In this document: in pieces, positions 1 to 12,753 of the stretch | Numbering within the stretch: the stretch's first letter is position 1 | Layout of the letters: each line of letters opens with the position of its first letter | Assembly: GCA_000165425.1 (NCBI GenBank) | Contig: CT868074.1 | Coordinates: 310,001 to 374,000 of the forward strand | Origin: Paramecium tetraurelia | Lineage: Eukaryota | DNA length: 64,000 nt | Reading direction: 5' to 3' | Program-made: the position numbers and the translations under genes | Notes under the pieces: model-generated | Told to the model about the DNA's origin: nothing | The model's database searches: none | What the model saw: the letters and a program-made list of their open reading frames with translations, nothing else

Positions 1-581
1 GGCTTCAAGTTTGTCGAGCACAGGTTCTATTAAAATTAAATGAAGACACACAAAAAAATGAAGTAAAATCAGTAATAAATTGATTTCTATGAGATCCATT
101 TCAAAGAGCTCTCTTTGAAAATGAATAAGCATTTAACCTATTTTATCCATCCTCAAAAGTAAGTTTCAATTATTAATAGAGAAAAATGTAAATAGGGAAG
201 TTGAATTATTAATCTGGTTTTAAATCATTCAACTAACCTTATATCAGAACTTTATTGAAATCTAAATCATTTCGCTAAGAGATCAAAGACTACATTCTCA
301 ATCATTTCATCTAAGAAGTTCAAGAAGAAATGGGTTTAAAGTTACAAAAATTTATAAAATATTGTTCTAGAATGTATGAAGAGGCTCTAAGAGAATTTTA
401 TATGTATAGCGCTAAAAACGATGATGAAGAATATTTTAGAAATTATATAAGATTGAAAATGGAGTAGTCAATAGTCAAAAATTCCAAATGCAAAATCCCA
501 TGGTCATTTTAAGAAGTAATTGATGCCTAAAAATTTGCCCTAAATTTGATTGAGTAGGAAATGGATGTGGAAAATGAATGA
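1..581 (+). CDS. 3' part of a hypothetical protein (5'-truncated by the window)
   Basis: Code-6 frame ...KSFNQPYIRTLLKSKSFRQEIKDYILNHF...KCKIPWSFQEVIDAQKFALNLIEQEMDVENE ends at TGA 579-581. Short GT..AG introns lie near 72-93 and 159-179. Confidence 0.7.
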
Positions 582-773
582 AATATATAATCGATATAAT
601 TTATATTATGATCTTTAATAAAACAAAAGGGCACTCTGAATTTAAATTGATTGATCTTTATTATATTATAAATAAAAATTCTATTACCTTAATGATAATA
701 CGAATTGATTTTTTACAACAAATTGAATATAGTTAATAAATTTTAAATGATTTAGAGTTACATATATGATTGA

Positions 774-1921
774 TCAAACTTCTAAAAGTGCTTCTAATTA
801 TTATTCGTAAACTGCTTGTTATTATTATTGTTATTATTGTTATTATTGTTACTATTGTTACTATTGTTATTATTATTACTATTATTATTGTTATTACTAT
901 TATTAATTATTTTCAAATAGTTCTCCATTCAATTAAAGAGGAAGAAATTGATTTTGATTTTATTATGGAATTTATTAGGTTTACATTTATTCCATATTAG
1001 GTTAAATCACTGTAAATGATGATTATTCCAATTAGTATTTTTTAATCTGTTCTAAAATAGTCTCTTTTGGGATGAGTTCACCTAAAAATGGATAAAGAAT
1101 AATATTTTAAGGTTCATTGAGATTTTTATTTTCGTTATTCTATTAATTTATTTGCTTATAATCCTCTTCAGACATCATAAATCTTTTTTTGGATTCCATT
1201 AACTTTGTTTTCATCACTTATGTAGATGGGAATAATTCAGATTAAGTGTCTTATCCTTAAAATTCTTATGAAATTCTTCTGACTTCGTAATCAAAATCAT
1301 CAGGTCCATTTGAAGAAGATGATGAGCTGCCAACACCATTAAAATTATTCAATCTTATTTATTATAATGTGGGTACTTTAATGGTTTTTCTAGTGGAATG
1401 AAAACTTCGCAATCATTTCTATGTTTCTCAATCCACAATATTCTTTCTTTAATTGGTCCTTCCATAATCTCCTTTGGCACAACAAACACAACAGGAATAT
1501 CATCTATGCTGGTGTCTTCAGGTATGTTTTGCTCTAATTGCTATTGCTACTCAATTTGAGGTTGTTATTCTTCAGGAGAATTATGAAATGTAGAGTGTAA
1601 TTTATTGAGCAATTCCTTAGCTCCCCATTTAAAAAATGATGGGATTTACAAGACGGCGTTCTTTGTGTTCTAGAGTATTTTTATGAAATTAAACTTCAAC
1701 TGCTGTCTAGCCTACTTGTTGAAGTGGCTTGACAATGCATTTTTGTAAGACACTTGGTCCTTCTACATTCAATTTTTAAACGACAAGAAAATTATAATTC
1801 TTAGATTGAGGTGCTTCATTCTATTGGTGAAAATGTTCCAATGGTCTACTCGTTGAAATATCTAAAATAAAATATTTATTCTCGTACCTTCATCAAATTT
1901 ATCAAATCCATCCTTATTCAT
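774..1921 (-). CDS. Hypothetical protein with C-terminal poly-Gln tract
   Basis: MNKDGFDKFDE|DISTSRPLEHF... reads through to TGA at 774-776 once three ~22-26 nt introns are removed, including GTCGTT..TGTAG which hides an in-frame TGA. Confidence 0.7.
795..912 (-). repeat. TAA/TAG/CAA trinucleotide tract encoding poly-Gln
   Basis: The + strand shows a (tta/ttg/cta)n run, which is Gln codons in code 6 on the - strand. Confidence 0.85.
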
Positions 1922-1939
1922 TTAATTTTTAATATATTA

Positions 1940-2894
1940 ATGGGAGCTTAATGCTGTAATAATTACTAATACCCAGAAGATATGGAACCGTGTGAAGATG
2001 CAGAAATGAAACGTCTCGACCCTCGATAAATCAATATAAAGTACAATTACAAGAAGAAGTAAAAAGTCATGAATTCCAGTCAAACTACAAAAACTCAAGA
2101 GAGAACTAAGCAGTCGGCTGTGACTCTCAAGAGCGGAGGGGTGTACTAAGGTGATTGGATAGGGAATAAGAGGGAAGGCTATGGAATTTTGAAATGGCCT
2201 GATGGTTCTGAATATTAGGGTGAGTGGAAAAATAACAAAGCAAACGGATAGGGCAAATTTATATATGCTGATGGCGATTTTTATGAAGGACAATGGGAGA
2301 ATGATAAATAAAATGGCTAGGGGATATTCTAATCTCAAAATGGGGGGAAGTACGAGGGTTAATGGAAAGATGATCTATAATAAGGACTCGGAATCGAGAC
2401 ATGGGAGGATGGGAGTCGATATGAGGGATATTTCTATGAGGGTATAAAATAAGGATAGGGTACTTACATATGGAATGATGGCTCTCAGTATACTGGATTA
2501 TGGATAGATAACAAGCGACATGGTTAGGGAGTATAAGTTTGGAAGAATGGGAAGGAGTATCAGGGAGAGTGGTTTGAGGATTTTATGTGTGGATAAGGAT
2601 CAATGAAATGGGCTTAATGGATGTATCTATATAGGGTTGTTCAATAAAGATGCTCCAAATGGGTATGGAATATTTCAAGTGGGGAAGTATTAGATTCAAG
2701 ATATATTAGATGGAAAGGAGCTACGAGGGTAGTTTTAAGTTATCCAAGCCTAATGGGAAAGGGAAGGTTATTTTTAGAAAAATGGATAAACAAGGTTCGG
2801 TGAATGGCAGGAAGGGAAACTAATGAAATGGTATGATAATTAATAGGAAGTGTAAAAGGAGAACTTCGATGTACTCAATTTGGAAGATTTATGA
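1940..2894 (+). CDS. MORN-repeat protein with N-terminal MGAQCC acylation motif (frameshifted near 3' end)
   Basis: Repeated YxGxWxxxxxxGxG motifs (YQGDWIGNKREGYG, YQGEWKNNKANGQG, YEGQWENDKQNGQG, ...). TGA at 2892-2894. Several 1-nt frame disruptions at 2610-2800. Confidence 0.9.
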
Positions 2895-2897
2895 AAT

Positions 2898-5800
2898 TCA
2901 TATATATATACTAATAATCATTATGATGGATGTAAATAATGTAAGCGATTTGTCGCTTACATCGGTTTAATTAGTTTAGTTGTCAGAATTGTTAGTATGA
3001 TTATTAGAATTGTTTGTAAAAGTTGATCCGCATTTTAAGCATTTAGAATTAGCAGAATCCCAGGTATAGGTATAGGCTGTGGCTGAAAAGCAATTGGGTT
3101 CTATTAATGACGGAAATTCCATGGAAATACATTATGGAACTTGTTAAGGCACACAATTCGTAGTTCTTTTCATCGAAATCTAATATAGGTTGACATACTC
3201 CTGTTTCTTTATATTTGGTACATTGAGCAAGTGTGTTAAGCACAAGCAGTTTGAGTTGATGTTTCAGTCCATTAACAATTCCATGATTTGTATGCACAAA
3301 CGGAACTTCTTTGGCTGGGATGAGCCATCAGAACAGGATGTCATTAATTTACAAGCTCCTTCTCCGTTGTTTAAATACCATACACAGAATCCATCAGTTC
3401 CTCCTTGCTTACATGCAATTTCAGTTTCATATTTACTGCAATTTGCTTTATTGACACAGCCTAGACCACCATTGTCAATACAATTTGTAATTTAAGAGCA
3501 GTTACTCTTCAATTCTGTGCAGGATGCTAGACGACATTTTTTAAGACTTGGATCAAACAAACATTTGCCATCAGTTCCTAATGAGGTTTTGCATTATTCT
3601 GTAGAATATGTTTCACACTTATCCATACTAACACATTTGGTACTATCTGAAGTGCAAGTGGATAATTGATTATTGCATTCTTCATGAGTTGTATAAGTTA
3701 AATACTTGCATTCTAATAGAACACATTTCTTTTCTTTATCATCATAAAAGCATTTATTCTTCTTTTAATCTATGTTACAAGTACTTTATTTTGTATAAGA
3801 AGTGCAATCTTATAATTCAATACAACTGGCTTCATCAGTTGTGCATGTAGGATCAACAAGTTAACATTATACATGAGTATTGAAAAAGGCAGATTTGCAT
3901 CCATCATACACTTTGCATTTACTCTACCCATTCAAAGCATCAGGAGAATAGACACACCTTCCATCTGTGCCTTGATGACAACTTTACTCAGTTAGATTGG
4001 CACATTTGTCAATAGCAATGCATGATACTCCATCAGTTGTGCATTCATTACTGAAAGAATAACAGGAAGTGTGATCACTAAATGCAAGTGATTAACATGA
4101 TGTATAAGTCTAACATGCATTGTTAATCCATAAACATGGTCCATCACTTCCATAGAAACATCCATTCTTTGATTTTTAGACTGCAATTTTATTAATTGAC
4201 ACATTTGGTTCCATTCTGTAGTACATGTACTTTTGGCTGCTTAACATTCTTTATGAGTTGTAAAAGTGTAATCACTGCAAACCTTATCTCTACATCCAGC
4301 AGTAGAAAATTCACATTCATTGCCATCCTTATCAGTTGTACATGCTGCCTATATTTTAGCATCTTTGCAAGTTCCCTTTTCAATGCATCCACCTGATTGG
4401 TTTACTGTACAACCTAACTTATACAGTTTGCATTCCTTCTCTGTAACATATTTACTTGGAGCACTGCTGCATCCATAATTTACACATTTATTATTGATCC
4501 ATGCACACTAATTATTTGTTGAATCTGTAATACAAGCCTCTTCGATGTATGCATCTGTACAAGTTGTTCTAAGAACACAGCCACTTCCATTTGTAGTGCA
4601 TTCCTTTTTGAAATTTCTGCAATCTTAGTCTGTTGAATATGATTAGGGAGCATCTGAACACTATAATACATTGCAACTAGGTTGAAATGCACAATTGTTA
4701 TTATTCTTATCTATTACACATCCAGATTTTAAAGTATAAGAAGTACATATATCAGTGTTTATGCAACCTTTTCCATTAGTTGTGCATTTATTGCTGTATG
4801 ATTAACAATCCTCATGAGTTGTGAATGTTTTATCTGCTTTATCACAAGTTTTATCTGTACATGCATTATTGTACCATAAACATTCTGCTCCTGTTAAATT
4901 TTTGATACAATTAATTTAACTTGTAAATGAGGAACATTTATCGTATCTCTCTATGCAACCAGTCTTAGCAACATTTACTGTGCAAGTATTAAGATGACTA
5001 TTACAAGCTACATCAGTTGATGTTTAATCTGAATTAGCACAACTTCTCACTTAACATGCATTAGGAGATGCCTTTTTATTCCAAATGCATCTGCCTTCTG
5101 CTAAACTATCTATACAATTCTATTCATATTGATAATCAGAACACTATTATTATTTACTAGTACATCCATCAAAGTTTGTACCTGTGTAACTAACTGTACA
5201 TGATGATAAGAATGTTGTGCAAGCCCTATAAGTATTATATTTGGCTTATGTACATATCCTATCTAAACATTAGGTTCCATCCCAATAACATAACTAACCT
5301 GAAGTTGTGAAAGTGCATTAAAATTATAGCAAATCACTACACTTGGTTTTTCTGGCAACACAACCAGCTTGATTATTGTTTATCATACATCCTCCTAAAT
5401 AAGTATTGCATTCCTCATCAGTTGATATTAATGTACTAGCAGTAATACATGTCTTTTATACACATTTATCATCAATCCACAAACATTAAATGGTATTATT
5501 ATTAGCCATATAACATTATTCTTGTTTCAAATAATTAGTACATGTTAATTCCTAGGTCTAACAACCAATTAAACCTTTCTACACTGTGCAAATATTCAAC
5601 CAAGACTGACATTCACTATGAGTATTGTATTCATCACCTGCATTTTGACATGTCCTTACAACACAAGATCCACTCCAAACACATTATTGATTTTAATAAT
5701 CTATACTGCATAGCTTCTCTGTTTGGTATGTGTTACAAGTTCTGACTCCACATTTATCATTGATTAATGTGCATGTGGGCATAAATCTATTACAATTAGA

Positions 5801-6928
5801 TTCATTATAAGTCGTTAAAACAGCATTGGCACAACTCATATTAACACAACCTGTACCATTCCAATAGCATCTCTAAGATTCATCCAATGTTTTTATACAT
5901 TAATGTTATGTTTTATACAAATTACAAGCGGTTGCTCTTTTAACACACCCAGTTTTTGTTTCATTCACTGTACATTCACTCTTAAATTACGAGCATAATA
6001 AATCTGTATTAGACGTGCTCAATGCATTTTCACATGACCAACCCTTACATCCTGAACTTGCAGTACAATTTTACTATCCTTCAGTACAAGTTATTGAAAA
6101 CCAAAAACAGATTTATCCATTCACAGAAATACATTAACCTTCTTTGGTGTAATTCTCACATGATGAAGGACTCTCTATACAACCTGCCATATTCTCATTG
6201 ACTGAGCATGTATTCATATATTGTTGACATTATGCTTAAGTAGTATAAGTTGTTGGAGCATTGACACATGTTTTCTCTTTGCATGCAGCATTATCCCAAA
6301 AACATTGATTACCTAAAGAATTTACAACACAACCCTTTTCTGTGTGTTTAGTACAATCATCTTCTATGTTGATACAACCACCTGTTTCTTTTGCTGTGCA
6401 CTTAATTGATTTAAGTAATCCCATGGATTAACATTTTTGATGGGAGTCGTAAGTGGTTGGGAACTAATCACATGCTGCTATCTCTTAGCATTTACTATTC
6501 TAACTATCCCAAAAACAAGGATACTGTTAAGTATTAATTTGACAAGCTATTTAAACAAGATAATCATCACAAGTTGTGCTTACATTGATGCATTTTTCTC
6601 CATTACTTGTACATAAGGGCGAGATAGCCTGACAATCGGCATGTGTTGTAGCTATATAAACTGTACAACCACTAAATGGTTTACACTTTTTATTATAGAA
6701 TGCACAACCTGCAATAGGACAAGTAGTGCTCTGAGAACAGTAGGATTCAATATCAGTTGACTTACGTGCTTCACAAGCAGCAGATACGCTGTTCCATTGA
6801 CAATCATCTTACGTTGCACAATCCAATTAACTCAAAATTTGTTTGCAAACGCATGCATCAGATTTTGTTAGAGTTCCAGCAGAAACCAAGGAGATAAAAA
6901 CCAAAAGTATGACCCCACTAATTTTCAT
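2898..6928 (-). CDS. Paramecium surface-antigen-like Cys-repeat protein (~1340 aa), probably GPI-anchored
   Basis: Signal peptide MKISGVILLVFISLVSA, then periodic Cys/Thr repeats (CxWxxxxCxxxxC..., CTxxxxGC), an Asn/Ser/Thr spacer and a hydrophobic C-terminus LTLFTSIIMIISIYI*. Two +1 frameshifts near 3130 and 3220. Confidence 0.9.
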
Positions 6929-7154
6929 TAATATAAATAATATAAGTTTTTTTAAAATTGTATGATGCCACATATATATATCTGATTATTGATTCGGATT
7001 TATTACTCACTCTTGTTGGGAATAATGGTTACTGAAGTAATCATCATCATGATACTAAGAGTTTGAACTTATGGTTGAGGCATATCATATATATAAAAAT
7101 CTTATATATCTAATGAAGAAATTAAGAATCTATCCAAAACTATTATTTATCATT

Positions 7155-8132
7155 TCAATAGTTTTAAATTATTAGCATTAAGATCCCCATAAAAGCAGTA
7201 AGAACGTAGCCATATCTTCCCAAGGAATCTCTAGCAAAACTCAAATATAATTATGTACATCTCTCCAGCAAAATCGTTAATCAATTTAATTTCAGTCACA
7301 AACGAAGGTATATTGGCTTAGACAATCAAATCATAGATGAGTTCATTAAATTTATCGGCATCTGCATTCTTATACTCCTAAGTCAATTTTTGAGCCACAT
7401 CATCTAAGATTTGTAGTTTCTCTCTTGGAGATCGTTTATTAACCATATTCTATAGAATGGATAATAATTTATCCTATTTCTTTTGCGATCTTTCAATCTT
7501 TTGTATATTGGTTCTATAGGCAATTATCCTACTGTGTAATCCCTTGTCATATTATTGTTTGACAAAGTTATAAAACCCTTCATTTGCAAACAATTCGTCC
7601 AAAACGAGCATCTTTATCTCATCAATCAACAAAGATGCTTTGTAAAATTTTTGGATCAGATTAGCAAAGTAGTTTATGAATTGATTGATCTCCAATTTCA
7701 AATCAATATGACTACATCATAGAGATGATAATTTACAAATCAGTTGCCTTGATGAAACTCATAGCCAATTGTGATTGTTAACTGTTATCTGCAATAATGA
7801 TGGATTTTTAAACTAAGGAAATCTTCATTTGAGAGGGAAACATCAAATCCTTGTGATTCAGGACAAAACTATTGAAAATGTCACTTATCATTTGTTATCT
7901 GATACGCAGATGCTACTGAATGGTTTTAATAGTGGGTTAGACTCTGAATTCGTTTTATAATGGCATATGATTGTAGCCATCACTATTAATGATCCGTTCA
8001 ACTCGAGGATACCAACTGCAGGAGTGGAATAGCTTCACTAATATCTGGATTTGTTGTTATACATTCTGAACCAATGGTTTATTATTATTTCTATTACTCC
8101 TCCTGAGTACAACACATATTATTATTTCCCAT
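7155..8132 (-). CDS. VPS9-domain protein (Rab5-family GEF-like), N-terminal MGNNNMCC
   Basis: SPREKLQIL...ADADKFNELIYDLIVQANIPSFVTEIKLINDF...GRYGYVLTAF matches the VPS9 motif order. 25-nt introns restore the frame. One apparent extra G near 7220. Confidence 0.7.
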
Positions 8133-8162
8133 TAATTAATTAACGAACATGAATAATCTTCA

Positions 8163-9521
8163 ATGTCTAAATCACAACACTTCCAACCCACTTGATAATT
8201 ACATCATAGGTGCATAAACTAAACTATATAGAGCAGTCCATTGGCAAGGGAACCTTTGGCAAAGTCTATAGAGGTCTTCATAAACCTACTCAATAATTTG
8301 TAGCCATCAAGATTCTCGAGAAGAGCAGAATCGAACAGCCTGCAGATTTCACTAGAATCTAAAGAGAAATCCACATTCTTCGCAAACTCCGCCATCCCAA
8401 TATTGTTTAATTATATGAAATCCTTGAATCAGACACTAAAATTTATCTCATCATGGAGTTTGTAAGTGGAGGTGAACTATTCCAACACATCGTAAAAAAC
8501 AAGCGTCTCTCTGAAAATGAAGCCGCAGCCCTCTTTTCCTAAATCATTGAAGCCATAGAATATTTGCACTCTCTCAAAATTGCACATCGAGATCTTAAAC
8601 CTGAAAACCTACTCCTAGAAAATAACAACCTCAAAGTAGTTGACTTTGGTCTCAGCAACATCTATACCGATCTACTTTCAACACCCTGTGGCTCTCCCTG
8701 TTACGCAGCTCCAGAAATGGTCTCAGGAATCCAATATTCAGGCATCAAGACTGACATCTGGGCTAGTGGCATAATTCTATATGCCATGCTTTGTGGGTAC
8801 GTACCTTTTGAAGATTCAAATACACGAAAACTGTATGAGAAGATCAAGTATTCTGACTTCCAAAGACCTTCCCACTTGAGTCCTCAAGTGATCGACTTAT
8901 TATAAGGATTATTGAATAAGAATCCTTTAAGTCGGTTGAGCATAGCCAAAATTAAGATGCATCCCTTTGTTAGGTAATCAGCTCTTTAATTTTATAAGCA
9001 AATACTCCTATTCAGTACAAATTCATCGCACCTTGGCAATCAATTCAAACATAGTCAAATAGTTACAAGCAATTGGAATTGATAGTTAAAAATGCAGAGA
9101 AATGATCATCAATAACAAACACAATCCAATTACTACTACTTATCACCTTTTGAATAAATATCAAAAACCAGCCTTGCCATCTTAAAGAGTAAGAACTCAT
9201 TAGAGTATTAAATCCGTTGTTGATAAACCCAGTAGTTCAAATGATCGTAGACCTAATTCAAGTGTCTATCATAACAAAACTAAATCATATGAAAATAATT
9301 ATACTACAGCTATGATTATGAACAGAGGATATGATAATCGCATTTCAGAGAGGCCTAAGTCTACTGAAAGAAGGATATGTACAGAGAATGACAGATGGGA
9401 ACGTATCAAAACTTAGTATGAGACAAAAGAAAATTCTTAAAGGAAAACTCACATGTCGAAACCAAGTAAATCCCCTGTTATGTATGCGGAATATAAATTG
9501 AAAACAGCAAGAATTATGTGA
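8163..9521 (+). CDS. SNF1/AMPK-like (CAMK group) Ser/Thr kinase
   Basis: IGKGTFGKV, VAIKIL, HRDLKPEN, DFGLS, TPCGSPCYAAPE, DIWASG; UBA-like region with HNPITTTYHLL. TGA 9519-9521. Confidence 0.95.
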
Positions 9522-9539
9522 TTAATATATATATTATAA

Positions 9540-10188
9540 ATGAAGAATTAAATTTCTAGTTTTATACTCAAGACCTACAACATTTTAGAAGTATCCCAGA
9601 TCACTAATATAGAACAATATGTATGAAGATATAGTTAGTTGGAATGAAGATGGGCTATCTTTCACAGTCAAAAATATAAGTCAATTCTCATCGATTGTTC
9701 TACCCATCCACTTCAAGCATTAAAATTTCTCTTCCTTTATTAGATAGGTAGTTCTTATTAATTCATTAAGTTAAACATGTACGATTTTCATAAAACAAGA
9801 GGAGGAAGTGTCAATGAGTTCAAAAATGAATATTTCCAAAAAGGCAGAAAGTATTAACATAATTAATTAGGGATCTGCTCCATTAAATTAAACGTAAAGC
9901 ACATAATGAACTTGTACCTATAAATTAGCCTGTACAACAAGATTCCTCAGATTAACTAAATCAAGTAACAACTATAAATTTATGATTAAATTCTAGCTCT
10001 TCCAAAAATGTGATTACTTACACAATCTATGCTCCTCACTGCTGGAAAGAAATCATAAGGTTATCAAAGACAACAAAACTCTTTAGAAGGTTCTAACTAG
10101 CAATAACAAACTCTATCTACAGGATGAATTCTAGTAGCCAGAATAATTGTGTATAACAAATTATGAACTTACCAATAATGTTTAATGA
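9540..10188 (+). CDS. HSF-type DNA-binding domain protein
   Basis: FILKTYNILE|...IVSWNEDGLSF...LPIHFKHQNFSSFIRQ|LNMYDFHK...FKNEYFQKGRK|DLLHQIKRK; several short introns. Confidence 0.92.
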
Positions 10189-10922
10189 GATGACTATGTT
10201 ATTTATTATTTTTAAATGTATAAATATGGAAATTACACTTTCAAATTGTATTACATCCATAATACTTTTTTCAAGATTTTACTAAAAGATTAAAGATTTT
10301 TATAAATTATCAAATTAAAGAAATCAAAAAAGTAATTCTGCATATAAATATTTTTACAACTCTTATTTTTTAAATTTAATTTTTTTTATATTTAAAAGAT
10401 ACAAAGCAAAATTATCATAGAACACATAAGAAATATTGAATAATTAAAATATATCAGCCTACTTCTAGAAATAATCAATTAAATACTTATACCAACTTTA
10501 TTATAATAGTGTCCTTATTTTTGTAATCCTAGCTGTTAATCAAATGAAAATCAATCTAGTATTGTGGGATATATATAATTTCTAATGGCTAAATTAATTA
10601 ATCTAAATACACCTTTAAAATTGGTTAAAGAATATTTAATTTCTTTATAAGATTCTCAAACATTATTTATATTTTAAAACCCAATTAAAATTTATTATTG
10701 AATACCAAACAATCTTAAATATATTGAGATTGATTGGCACACTGATATGTTTTTTTGATAATTTGATTAAATTGGATCTAGGAACAGCATTTAACTCATC
10801 ATTCTATTCTGGGATAAGAAATGGGAATAGTATACGCTGCTGCCTATAAACTTGATTTTAACTAAAATGAATTTAATCCATTTTCTTGTTATAATATTAA
10901 TATAATATAGTGATTTGATTAT

Positions 10923-11912
10923 ATGCATTCTGAGTCAGTAAGACAAAAGGCAATCAGATATATAAACGAACTGCAGACTGAAGAGGATGATAAATTTCTT
11001 CCGTATAAATAAGAAAGGGATCATGTTGGATTACTATTGAATACCAAGGGAAAATCTAAATCGACTAACTAATTGATACCTGGAGCTCGAATCAAACATG
11101 TTTATAGTTTGGCATCGATCACCAAATAATAACCATCTTAATCAATGAAATAGAATGCTCTCTAGAAACACAAAAAAGAACGCAGTACTCATAATTTAGA
11201 CTTGTCTGTTCTTGTGAACTTATAGCCTCCGTCTCCAGAAGAACAGGTCAAAGCTAAGTAATACAAGGAGATGATGGAAAAGAAAGCTCTTTTGGAAATG
11301 TATGAAAGGAAAAAAGATACTAAAGTCATGAGTCCTGTCTTAGAATAGATGATTGAAAAACTCAATTCAAGCATCACTCAAGACAAGTTTATTTGGAAGA
11401 TGAGCAATGTAGACAAGGGTAAAAACCTGGGTTATTTGTTTCATGAATCTAAATTAAGAAGGCACAATCGCAAAGTTTAGAAATTGCAGCCTTCTCTCCC
11501 TAATTATGAACCTAATTACTAAGCAATCCTCCCTAAATCGATATCAATTCTCATTAAACCTAGTGAGAAACCTTCCTATTCTCAACAAATCTAAGAATTC
11601 ATAAGAAAAAATCAGTTAGACAAGGATTTAGGCAAACAAGCTCAGAGTACAGTTTCTAAGAAGGATAATACTCTTGAGAAAATGTATAGTATCATCTAGA
11701 ATCAAATTACAAGGGAAGTTAATTAGTCCCTTATATCCAACCCTCAATCGATGAATCCATTGGAGGAGTTCAGTGCCAAGCCTATTGAGGACACTTATAT
11801 CTAGCAATTTCATCTATAGGTGAAGTAAAAGATGAAGGAAACCAATAGGGCTAGAAAGAATATACAAAATAAAATATAAGAGTTTGATTCTTATTTATAG
11901 AAACATAATTGA
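10923..11912 (+). CDS. Hypothetical protein (329 aa)
   Basis: Uninterrupted code-6 ORF MHSESVRQKAIRYINELQ...EFDSYLQKHN*. No recognisable domain. Confidence 0.7.
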
Positions 11913-12041
11913 TTGAATTGAGGGTTCTTAGGTGTCACTGATCAATTAACAGATTGACAGAGCTTATATTATTAAGTTCTAACCATTTTCAAATTATTGT
12001 GTCTTAAATATCAATTTTATACATATAATTTATTAAGTAGA

Positions 12042-12727
12042 ATGTTAGAGGAGGAATCTGATTAAGTTTTTGAGGAGGGACCATCAAAGAAATGCAATTG
12101 TAAAAACTCGAAATGTATAAAACTCTATTGTGAATGCTATCAGAACAAAGTATTTTGTGATAATAATTGTCATTGCCATAATTGCTTCAATAATTCCTCC
12201 AATGCTGTATCATTCAAATTATAAAATAGAAATAAAGATAAAAGGCCATGTAATACACGTTAGAAAAAAACCCTAGTGCCTTTCAGCCTAAGATAACTAC
12301 TTCTGATTCAAAACCAGATCCATTAAATTTTGGAAAGCACAACAAAGGTTGTCAATGTAAAAAGAGTGGCTGTATGAAGAAATACTGCGAATGCTTCCAA
12401 GCCAAAGTACCTTGCTCAGATTAATGCAAATGCATAGAATGCAGAAATTATGGATTTTTAACTAAAGAGCATTTTATAAGAGCCACAAGAGGAGATGAGG
12501 ACGATTTTTTATGTAACAAAACTTAAGTATGGTTAGATCAATTGTTATTGACAAAGGACTAAGATCATTTATAATCGGTGCTTTCATATAAAAAACCTTT
12601 ATTTGAATAAAAAGAAATAGAAGATGTTAGTAATTAAATAAAAAAAATAATCTCCAATAATGAATCAGGTCCTATTGATCCGATACTTGAAGTTTTTATC
12701 AAATTACTAAAAAACGCCTCTGATTGA
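12042..12727 (+). CDS. Tesmin/TSO1-like CXC (CRC) domain protein
   Basis: Two CXC modules, [16 protein letters not shown]...CxCxxCxN and [22 protein letters not shown]...CKCIECRN, joined by the [10 protein letters not shown] hinge. One intron. Confidence 0.95.
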
Positions 12728-12753
12728 AATACATTAGTATATCTAAAGAGTTT

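Noticed and set aside
770..1000. ORF-track Ile/Val-rich hydrophobic peptide on + strand
   Set aside because: It is the antisense shadow of the poly-Gln tract of the - strand gene.
1765..1786. In-frame TGA suggesting selenocysteine or readthrough
   Set aside because: It falls inside a 22-nt GTC..TAG intron whose removal restores the frame.
2898..6928. Periodic repeats suggesting an array or mobile element
   Set aside because: The periodicity is at protein level (Cys repeats of a surface antigen). There are no identical DNA repeats with spacers.
8039..8063. Apparent frameshift near the VPS9 N-terminus
   Set aside because: Explained by a 25-nt intron GTATAACAACAAATCCAGATATTAG.
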